A DNA stretch of 64,000 bases from the NCBI GenBank assembly GCA_951406725.2, contig OX597823.1, forward strand, positions 64,728,001 through 64,792,000, read 5' to 3'. Position 1 is the first letter of the stretch. Every line of letters begins with the position of its first letter. The stretch comes from Octopus vulgaris. Taxonomy: Eukaryota. The translations under genes and the position numbers were made by a program. Positions 53,517 through 64,000 of this stretch are shown here, piece by piece. The notes beneath the pieces are model-generated. The model was not told the DNA's origin and searched no databases. It saw only the letters and a program-made list of their open reading frames with translations.

Positions 53517-53639
53517 TACTTTCTGTTAAAGAGTGTAGGCTTGAAACGTAAAATACATTCTCACCTTTGTGAGTGTTAAACTAATACACTTGTTTGTTGT
53601 TTACACACCTGTCTTAGTCTTTTCTTTTCTTGTAAATTA

Positions 53640-53645
<6 letters not shown>
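53517..53645 (+). mobile_element. Degenerate relative of the 29205-29450 hammerhead-bearing repeat
   Basis: ctttctgttaaagagtgtaggcttgaaacgtaaaa followed by ctaatac...ttgtttg...cacctgtctt, ending in (TA)n. Confidence 0.65.
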
Positions 53646-53721
<76 letters not shown>

Positions 53722-53862
53722 TTAGCAGTTGGGCAAAAGTGGCCGATAGAATAAGTATTAGGCTTACAAAGAATAAGTCCTGGGGTTGATTTGCTCAACT
53801 AAAGGTGGTGCGTGCTCTAGCATGGCCGCAGTAAAATAACTGAAACAAGTAAGAGTAAAAGA

Positions 53863-54770
53863 GTATTCTCTAGATAATAGTTAGAAGGTGTAGACATATA
53901 ATAAATAGTAACTTACCATATTGGGGTAAATCTATTTATAGTTTATTATTATAGAGATTAGTAATAAGTAGAAGTTATTAATAGTTAAAATGTTTATCGA
54001 ATAGATTAAATATATACTATAAATTTATTCAAAAACCTATGTAGTAATTATGTACAGAAAAAATTATATAAATAGGTAATTGTATGATTAATATATTACT
54101 CTTATATTCATACACAAAAAAGTACCTATTTCAAAAAGAGTTTGATACAACATAGGTACTTTTGTGTATGAATATGAATATTAATATATTCATGTGTCGG
54201 TGGCACATAAAAAAACACCATCCGAGCGTGGTCGTCTGCTAGCCTTGTCTGGCACCTGTGTCAGTGGCACATAAAAACACCATCCGAGCGTGGTCGTCTG
54301 CTAGCCTTGTCTGGCACCTGTGTCGGTGGCACATAAAATCACCCACTACACTCTCGGAGTGGTTGGCGTTAGGAAGGGCATCCAGCTGTAGAAACACTGC
54401 CAGATCTGACTGGCCTGGTGCAGCCTTCGGGCTCCCCAGACCCCAGTTGAACCGTCCAACCCATGCTAGCATGGAAAGCGGACGTTAAATGATGATGATA
54501 ATGGTGATGATGATGATGATAATCATACAATTCTATATTTATATAATTTTTTCTATATATAATTACTACACAGAATTTTGCACCTATTTATTATATAAAT
54601 TTGATCTATTGGATAAACATTCTAACTATCAATAACTTCTACTTACTACCAATCTCTATAATAATAAACTATAAATCAATTTACCCAAATATTAATATGA
54701 TACTTACATACATGGTAAATTAATATTTATTATATATCCCTATACCTCCTAATTATTATCTAGAATATAT
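53863..54770. repeat. Large AT-rich palindrome centred near 54141, with a family C element inserted in the right arm (54193-54520)
   Basis: atattcatacacaaaaaagtacctat mirrors ataggtacttttgtgtatgaatat at the centre. Outer arm 53865-54090 mirrors 54520-54770 after removing the insertion. Confidence 0.85.
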
Positions 54771-54917
54771 CAATATATATTTACTTTCCCACTAAATATT
54801 CACCCTATGTTCCCCTTTACAGGTTTATACCAAACTTATCCATCTAAAAATATTCAGTTTACTGTAATGTTCCATATACTTAACACCCAATAATATATTG
54901 GTGTATCTTCTTTCCTG

Positions 54918-55002
54918 CCTCTGATGAGATTCTGCTTTATAAAGTGATTTAATTATTACAATTATAATCTTTAAAGTATGAATTGAAACAGCTGTTAGAG
55001 AT
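54918..55002 (+). ncRNA. Hammerhead-ribozyme motif with extended stem II
   Basis: CTGATGA (54921), then GATTC tgcttta...taaagta t GAATT, GAAA (54985), CAGCTG, TT and AGAG. The core is canonical, ACAGCTGT is palindromic, and stem I is weak. Confidence 0.75.
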
Positions 55003-55369
55003 CATGATTATTTTTGTAATTAATAAATATACTTATTGATGTATCTCCACATTCTTATATTTCTTGAATAAATAAATCAATAAATATATATACTCATCTC
55101 TGTAATATATATATGTGCATGTATATATGTATATATATAGATATAGATATATATACATACACACACACACACACACACACTTTATTAACAAAGCTGGATT
55201 TGGTAGACGGAAACTGAAAGAGGTCTTTTTTATATATATACAGGATGCGATGAATAAACTGTTGTCTAAATTATGCAAAAATGAAAATTGCACTCACGAA
55301 TCATTCTAACATATATATTTACCAAAATGAACTAAAAATATCTTAAAATACTAAAGAGTAAGTTTAGTC

Positions 55370-56108
55370 AATAAAATTGCCATTGGCATCAACCACAACC
55401 TCCAGATGACTCTGGAATCTCCTTCAACTCTTCAGGACGGTCTCCTTGTTTAAGTTGGTGAATACTGCCATAATCTTTGCCTTTAGTTCATCTTTGATGT
55501 AACAAGGAGTTTTATTGGTCTCTCATTCAACTGTGCCTCACACATAACAATCAAGTAGGGTTTTAGTTTGGGGAGTTAGGTGGCCAGATTTTAGGGGTGA
55601 TGTGGTCACAGAAATTGTCTTACAGACATGACTGGGTTTTACTGCTTGTCTGGCATTGTGCAGAGTCCTATTGCCTGACATGGTCTTCCAGCAGCCACCC
55701 TCTTGATCCAGGGCAGCTCTACTTCCTCCAGGCACTTGATGTAGGCCTCCATGTTGACTTCGAGGGAAGATGAATGGAGGTGTAATGTTACCATCATTAG
55801 TGCCCACTCAAACACCATGATGTTGACCGGATGTTTGATTTTTATCACTCAGTGCATGCACTGTCCTCAGATTGACACCAAAACACCTTGAAATGTTTGT
55901 ATTGGAGCTTCCAGTATGAATACTAAGCAGTAAAGCATATCATTTCCAAATTTTTGGCATAGTGAATAGCATCATGATACTGTTTTTCTCATAGATGCTT
56001 CCCAATTGACCCTACTATACTGTGTAGTTAACAAAATCTAAAACAAACAATGCACATGCACAAAATTAAAAATATAAAATGACAACAATTTACCCACCAC
56101 ACCCTGTA
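55370..56108 (-). mobile_element. Tc1/maT (DD37D-like) transposon relic
   Basis: Minus-strand KHPVNIMVF, PPFIF, AYIKCLEEVELPWIKRVAAGRP and IWPPNSP motifs, with a TA|cagggtg terminus at about 56100-56108. Confidence 0.75.
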
Positions 56109-56149
56109 TATATATGTGTGTGTGTGTGTTTGTCAGTCGTTAACACAAA

Positions 56150-57268
56150 TGTTTTATCCAGACAATTCTTTGTTTTACAACATTGAAGAGTTACATCATC
56201 ACTTTCCGAAATGCAATTCATGGTGTCTGATTATATTGTGAGTTTTCTCTTGTAAATCAATTTTTGTGAATTCATGGATAGATCAAAAATTTGTGTTGTT
56301 TATGAACTCTAAAGATCAGTGAGGTATTTGGGGAAGATGTGATAAATGAGCACACAGCACATCGATGGTTTGAGAAGTTCTGGTATGGTGACTTTACTCT
56401 TGTAAATCAGCGCCATGGTAGGGCTGAGACCAAGGTGGATAATGATGAGCTGGAAACTGCAGTGGAAGTGGATACATTTCAAACTACACGTGACTCAGTA
56501 GCAAGGTTTGATGTTTCGATTCCAACTGTATTGGACCATCTGAAAAAAACTGGCATGGTAAAGAAGCTGGACAAGTGGGTACCACATGAACTGAACGAGC
56601 ATCAAATTAACGTCGTCTTGAAACTTGCTGTTCTTTGCTGTTGTGGCATAAAAGCGAACCATTTTTGCATCGTATTGTTACGTGTGATGAAAAATGGATT
56701 CTTTTCAACAATAGCAAGTGTTCTGCATGGTGGTTGGATAGAGACGATATGCCAAATCACAATCCAGTAAAGAATATTCACCAAAAAAGGTTAATTGTGT
56801 CTGTTTGGTGGTTCAGCATTTGTGTCATCCACTACAGCTTCATGAGACCTGGTAAGTCAATTATAGCAGATGTATACATCAACCAGCTGGATGAAATGAT
56901 GAGTGAACTTGCAAGTAAACAGAAGAGACAGGCCAACCACATGTTGCACAAGGAACTTAGAAGTATTCTGTCATCCACCATGTTCACCAGACCTTGCACC
57001 AACTGACTATCATGTTTTCCAGGCATTAGACAATATTTTGCAAGGAAAAACTTCAAATCTGAAGAAGATACAAAAATAGCCTTTCATGATTTCCTCACCT
57101 CTTGCTCTCCAGAATTCTTCACTGCTAGCATAAATAAGCTACCGATAAAATGGCAAAATTGCGTTCATAATTTAGGTGCATACTTTGATTAACTACATTG
57201 CATTTTGTTGAGATAAATTAAAATAAACTTTAAGTTCAAAATCAGACATTTCAGTCTTAATGACCTGA
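56150..57268 (+). mobile_element. Defective mariner of the same family as 11264-12548, lacking the 5' TIR
   Basis: WVPHEL, TCDEKW and HPPCSPDLAPTDYH motifs, with 3' TIR catttcagtcttaatgacctga|TA. Confidence 0.92.
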
Positions 57269-58392
57269 TATATATATGTGTGTTTGTGTGTGTGTGTATC
57301 TATGTATGTGTATGTGTGTGTCTTTGTGTCTGTGTCTGTCCACACCACTGGTTGACAACTGGTGTTGATGTGCTTATGTCCCTATAACTTAGCGGTTTGG
57401 CAAATAACATTGTTAGAATAAGTAACGTCCTTTAAAATAAGTACTGGGATCGATTAGACTGACTAAAATTTTTCAATACACTCACAAGGCTTTAATCAGC
57501 CCGGGGGTATAGTAGAAGACACTTGCCCAAGGGGCCACACAGCGGGACTGAACCCTAAACCCTGTGGTTGATAAGCTAGCTACTTACCACACAGCCACAT
57601 AATCACAGAACAACATGAACTGAAATGCTTTGCTCAAGAACACAATGCAGTGCCTGGTCTGGGAATCGAAACCACAATCTCACAACCACTAAGCCATGGT
57701 AAGTAATGGTAAGATCCAAGGACTATGATATAGGAAGATAGTAAGCTTAGAGTAGTCTGCAGGAAGTATAACATACAACTTTCCTGCTATCTATGAAACA
57801 TATGTATTGTAGATTTTATCTGCTCCGTTCCCTAATATAAATAGATAGATAGATTGATAGATAGATAAATCGATAGATAGGTAGGTAGGTAGGTAGGTAA
57901 GTAAGTAGGTAGATAGATAGACAGACAGATATAAATAAGTATGTATGCATGCCTCTTTTTGTGGGGATATAGGTGTGAGTGTGTGTACAAGTTATAAATC
58001 ATTATTTATGACAGCGAGATAGCCAGATATAAACACTAATAAATTTTCTATGCTTGTAGACACCAATTTACAATAGTAAAAAAACAACAACAACAAATAC
58101 AGTTGAAGCCAATTGTGTTGGCACACTCTAACAACGGACAAGGTATGCTACAATATTCATAGTAATCATACTGAGTTTGTTCTTTCTTTTTATCAAATAA
58201 TGTTTACAGTTGTGGAATATTTCATGTTATTTATACATACATACATACATATACATTCATATATATATGACTGCGTGAATGTGTATAAGTATGCATGTAT
58301 GTATGTAAGTATGCATGTATATATGCATATGTATATTTTTATGTATATGTGTGCATGTGTATGTATATATGCAGTTGTAAATATGTGTGTAA

Positions 58393-58431
<39 letters not shown>

Positions 58432-58471
58432 TGTGTATGTATATGTGCAGATGTAAATGTGCAGATGTAAA

Positions 58472-58523
<52 letters not shown>

Positions 58524-58837
58524 GTGTGTATGTGTGGACATATATACTTTTTTTCCTTTTACTTTATTGCTATTAATAACGTTCATATAAAAACATATTA
58601 TGTACATTTTCTCCTTCATGTGGTCCACTACATTGTTGTTTTGCTAAAGATCATTTCGAAATGTCATAAAGAATTCAATTATTAAACTAGAATACAAGAA
58701 GGAGAAAAAAATTATATATTTCATTGATTTTAAATTCAGGAAGTTTGTATAAATAGAAAAATTGAGACCATTCTTTCATTGCATGAAGTCTTTTACTCAT
58801 TTTTTGATATTGTTTAATATAGTGTAATTTACAAATG

Positions 58838-58863
58838 TATCTGTCTATCTATCTATCTATCTG

Positions 58864-58915
<52 letters not shown>

Positions 58916-58916
58916 A

Positions 58917-58978
<62 letters not shown>

Positions 58979-58989
58979 CTATCTATCTG

Positions 58990-59054
<65 letters not shown>

Positions 59055-59137
59055 GATTGTCTGCCTGCCTGACTACCTGTCTGTCTATCTGTTATTTGTT
59101 TGTCTGTCATATATGAATGTATGTGTCTATCTGCTTG

Positions 59138-59193
<56 letters not shown>

Positions 59194-59301
59194 CATACCA
59201 ACCGACCTACCTACCTACTTACCTACATACCTACCTACCTACCTACCTACCTACCTACCTACATACATACCTACCTACATACCTACCTACCTATCTGTTT
59301 G

Positions 59302-59361
<60 letters not shown>

Positions 59362-59412
59362 CTTATCTATCTATTTATCTATCTATCTAGCTAGCTAGCT
59401 AGCTATCTATTT
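58838..59412. repeat. (TATC)n/(TC)n/(TACC)n tetranucleotide field
   Basis: Directly visible. Confidence 0.95.
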
Positions 59413-60128
59413 ATCCATCAATCTTTATTTTTCTTTTCTCACTGCATATATATATATATATATACACACACACGCGTGTGCAAATATATGTATCTGTGTG
59501 TACACTCACATGCATGTGTGTGATATATGTGTCTGTGTATATGCATATATATATGTATGTACATATATGAATCTTCATATGTGTGTGTATGTACTTTTGT
59601 ATATTTGTGTTTACCTTTACATGCATGAAAATGCATTTATTTATATATTGAAAGTGTGTGTTTTTTTTGTCTTTGTTTTTTTCTTTATTTTTGTAGTATT
59701 TTGACTAACGTCCATCAAAACTTTTTACAATGTTTCCTAATTAAACACTGGAAGGAAGGAATGTTTGAAATAAATCAATAAAGCCACTCATATCTTTGGT
59801 AATTCTTCCCCCAGTTCTTCAAACCTGACCCACTCCTAACTTTGATAATAATTTACTCACATCATCACCATTAGCATTTCTGTCTCATTGTAGACTTTCA
59901 GAAGCAATCAATTCCATTTTAATGTTTTTCTTCCTAGTTTACATTTTTCATTTTTTTTTCTTTTCTTTTTTTCTTTTTTTTTTTTGTTATATACGGTTTT
60001 TAACTTTTCCGTCTCTGTTGATGTTGCCAAAATTCTGTTTTAAATTTGTTCTTTGCTTTCACGAGAGTGTCTTCAAGATTTTTCTGTTTTGTTTTTCATT
60101 TCTTTCTCTGTTTATTTTGTATTTTAAA

Positions 60129-60194
<66 letters not shown>

Positions 60195-60204
60195 TGTACA
60201 CATG

Positions 60205-60243
<39 letters not shown>

Positions 60244-60859
60244 CCATATATGCATGTACACATGTATGTATATATATATATGTGTGTGCATAATATATCT
60301 ATATGTACGTATTTTATATATGTGTTTGTGTGTGGGTGTGTACACATAGTTTCTATATTTTTTTTTATTCCTTTTCTTTCCTTTTTTATAATTTTCAAAT
60401 TCACTTTTTTCGCATTCGCATTTTCGTTTTCGATAATTTCAAAATAGATAATTAACATGAACTTGATGCAGAAATATTGGGAAAAAATATATATGCACAT
60501 GCATGTGTGCATGTGTGCATGTGTGTGGAGATGGATGTTCTGAAGGTATAGTTGCTAGGATAAAAAGTGACTGGTGAAAATTCAGAGGGCTATTATTTAT
60601 GTTAGTAATAAAAAGCCTTTCTCCAGAGTCAAAGGCAGATTGTTATGGCACTTGTTTATGGATGGAAAGGCTGCATAACAGTGAAGTGTAGGCTGTGAAT
60701 GCAAAGGACATGCAAAGACTAGGAAGAAATGAAGCTGCTGTGCACCACAAGATGTGCAATGTCACTATGCATGTATGACAAAGTGCAAATCTGTTGAAAG
60801 AATAATTGGGCAAAAGAGGAATGAGGTGTAGTGTGCAAGAGGAAAGACACTGTTGGTAT

Positions 60860-61240
60860 GGTGTGTGTGTGTGTGTCTATGTGTGCCTGCGTGTGTGTGT
60901 GCATGTGTGTGTGCCTGTGTGTGCATGTGTGTGTGTTTGTGTGTGTATGTGCATGTGTATGCAAACATGCGTTTGTGTGCATGTGTATGTGTGCATGTGT
61001 GTGCATATGTTTGTATGTGCATGTGTGTGATTGTGTGTGCATGTGTGCTTGTGTGCATGTGTCTGTTTATGTGTATGTGTGTGTGCATGTGTGTTCATGT
61101 GTGTGTACATGTGTATGCAAACATGCCTTTGTGTGCGTGTGTATGTATGTGTGCATATGTGTGTATGTGCAAGTGTGTAATTGTGTGTTCATGTGTGCTT
61201 GCGTGCATGTGTGTGTATGTGTTTGTGTGCATGTGTGTTA
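60860..61240. repeat. (TG)n/TGCATG degenerate minisatellite
   Basis: Directly visible, with an internal duplication around gtatgcaaacatgc (about 60957 and 61113). Confidence 0.9.
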
Positions 61241-63074
61241 ATTTTGCTTAATTTTTCACAATGCTAAGACAAAAATGAGCACCATGTCTCAAACTCTAGC
61301 AACTCTTGCCAGTATGGAAATTGAACATTTAAATATCATCAGTCTCATCTTGATTATTTTTATCGTATCATTATCCTCACCATCAGTATCACCATCATTA
61401 TAATCATATTTCATATATCATCATCATCAACATCATCATTGGCAGCCTGACAATAATCAACAGTTACCATGGTGGGTGAAATGCTTAGCAGTATTTCGTC
61501 TGTCTTTACATTCTGAGTTCAAATTCTGCCAAGGTTGACTTTGTCCTTCATCCTTCCACAGTCGATAGATTAAGCACCAGCTGTGTACTAGAGTCGATCT
61601 AATTGACTCAAAATTTCAGGCCTTGTGCCTAGAGTAGAAAAGAATAATCAACAGTTACTCTCTATATGATGTCATGTGTCATTTCATGATCATCAGAAAT
61701 AAATCAATCTTCACCACTCAGATGCCTTGGGTTCAAGCAAGACTAAGAAAAAATAACAGAAACTTGTTGCAAGGTGTGTTCACCACAGGAGAGATCTTCA
61801 GAGGGAGAACTCCCATCTCACAAGTGTTTCGGCCTTTATACCTGACACTCTACAGGAGCTGGGCCTGCCCAGATCATAACACCTAAGTATCCTCCTGCTG
61901 CTTTCCAAAATCTTGTCCCTAGTGGGATGTGAACCTGGGTCATTCTTTTTGTGCACTTGTGTTCCCAAGTCTGTAGCAGATCACTAGGCCACTCTGACCA
62001 ATGAAGGAATGAGTTGTCGTCTTCCTTCTGTTCCTGTAACTAACCAATGAAATCCATAACTAGGTCCATTGGTCATTCCTCTTCACCCATATCCACATTG
62101 AGCTCTTTTCAGCAACATCAGACTATGGAAGAATGCATACATCATAAGTGCTGCACCATGAGATTGAACCAAGGTCTTGTAATATGAAAGCAAATTTCTG
62201 ATGACATGGCCACATTAAATGTCCAGACTAAATGATCTTGCAATATTTAGTCTGGCATTCTTGTTCTGTGTTCAAATTCTGCCAAGGTTGACTTTACCGT
62301 TCATCCTTTTGAGATCGATAAAATAAGTACTAGTTGACCACTGGAAATGATGTAATCGACTTAGCCCTGTCCCTGAAATTGCTGACCTTGTGCTAAAATT
62401 TGTATGCCATATAGTGAGACTGAACCCGGAACCATGTCGTCGATAAGCAAGCTACTTGCCACACAGCCTGCACCTATTAAATACAAAAATAAAAATTATT
62501 ATTGCATGATGAAGGCTGTTAAACCAGGTATCCTTGCCTCACACCCGCTGACTTTTTTGTTCTCTCTCTCTCTCTCACAATATATATAATTAACAAGCTT
62601 ATATATGTATATGAATATATATGATATGTATGTGCTAAGAAGTTTGCTTCCCAACCACATAGTTCCGTGTTCAGTACCATTGTGTGACACCTTGGGAAAG
62701 TGTCTTCTACTATAGCCTTGGGCTGACCAAAGCCTTGTGAGTGGATTTGGTAGAAACCTGAAGGATCACTGCAATAAGTGTGTGAATCTAAGAAAGGAAT
62801 ATATTGAATAAAGTCATAATTAACAGATTTTGTATTTTCTTTTACCAAAAGCCAGGAAACTTCTCAGCATTCCCTTGTATATAATCTTTATGTATATTTT
62901 TAAAATATACATAAAAAGTTTTAAAGAAGTTATTATGTCAAATCATTTTCCTGTATTTTAACATTTCCACAGAGTGAGATAAGTCTTTAAAATTATGTCA
63001 GTATGGAAGGCAGATGTTAAACGATGATGATAGTGATGATAAGATAAAAGACAGAGTGAAGAAGCTGCTCCATC

Positions 63075-63880
63075 ATCATCATCATTATCATCATCATCAT
63101 CATCATCATCATCATTATTTAACGTCAGCTTTCCATGCTGGGGTGCGTTGGACTGTTTGACATTGGCGCTGGCTAGCAAGAATCAGTCCAAACTCTAACT
63201 GTCTGTTTCGGCATGGTTTCTATGACTAGATGCCCATTCTAGTGCCGACCACTTAACAGAGTGTGCTAAGTGCTTTGTGTGTGCCACTGGCATGGTTGCC
63301 TTTACACAGCACTGGTGTGAGTGTCTTAATGTAGCACTGGCATAGGTGCTATTTAAGTATTGAAGGCAGTGATTTTATTTAGCTTGATTTGTCTTATCAT
63401 GTACAGCAAATTGCCATGTCTCTCAGTCTTTTGTCATTTCCTCAGTGAGGTCCAAGTTCCGAAGATCCTTTCTCGCCACTTTGTCCCACATCTTCCTGTA
63501 TCTACCCCTTCCACAAGTAACCTCCACACACAAGGCGGTGATCTGGCAGAAACGTTAGCACACCGGACGAAATACTTAGCGGTATTTCGTCTACAGCTAT
63601 GTTCTGAGTTCAAATTCCGCCTAGGTCGACTTTGCCTTTCATCCTTTCAGGGTCGATTAAATAAGTACCAGTTATGCACTGGGGTTGATGTAATCAACTT
63701 AATCCGTTTTATCTGTCCTTGTCTGTCCCTCTGTGTTTATCCCCTTGTGGGCAATAAAGAAATAGGTATCCTCCACACTTGGAGCTTGGCACTTCTTTAT
63801 GCAGTTGTCCTCATCCACATGCATCACATAACCAAACCAACACATCTGATGCCTCTTATACCCTGTTTTCCTCTTAAATC
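63075..63880 (-). mobile_element. RTE-clade LINE 3' end (family C plus RT C-terminus), interrupted by SINE B
   Basis: Minus-strand translation is WFGYVMHVDEDNCIKKC...VE / CGRGRYRKMWDKVARKDLRNLDLTEEMTKD*ETW, followed by the family C UTR and (GAT)n tail. Confidence 0.8.
63530..63765 (+). mobile_element. SINE family B with an about 13-bp TSD, nested in the RTE relic
   Basis: TSD gtaacctccacac (63517-63529) and gtatcctccacac (63766-63778). Confidence 0.88.
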
Positions 63881-64000
63881 ACTTACACTCTGTTGTGCAT
63901 GCATGCAAAAATCAATAATAAATTCCTATTAAACAGATGGTGAAAGAAACAATTGAAAACTATTCATTTTTTATGTTACATGAACCTGGTTAACATTGCA

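Overview
AT-rich, microsatellite-dense animal genomic DNA. The SINE, RTE, mariner and Penelope repeat inventory looks like an octopus or other coleoid cephalopod, which is an inference from the repeat families. Nearly all listed ORFs are microsatellite or transposon artefacts. The window appears to lie inside one large + strand gene: two phase-compatible exons (5710-5794 and 26656-26808, about 21 kb apart) join into a peptide resembling CFAP65/CCDC108. The introns hold a decayed mei-P26-like NHL fragment, several mariner/Tc1 relics, non-autonomous Helitrons, hAT and piggyBac MITEs, CR1 and RTE LINE pieces, and a Penelope-like element with an inverted GIY-YIG end. The most striking signal is a set of at least five sequence-distinct hammerhead-ribozyme motifs, several with a short palindromic stem III or a long stem II insert. 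They sit in Penelope-type termini next to (TA)n tracts and often in or beside long fold-back palindromes. All structures and homologies were read by eye; no searches were run.
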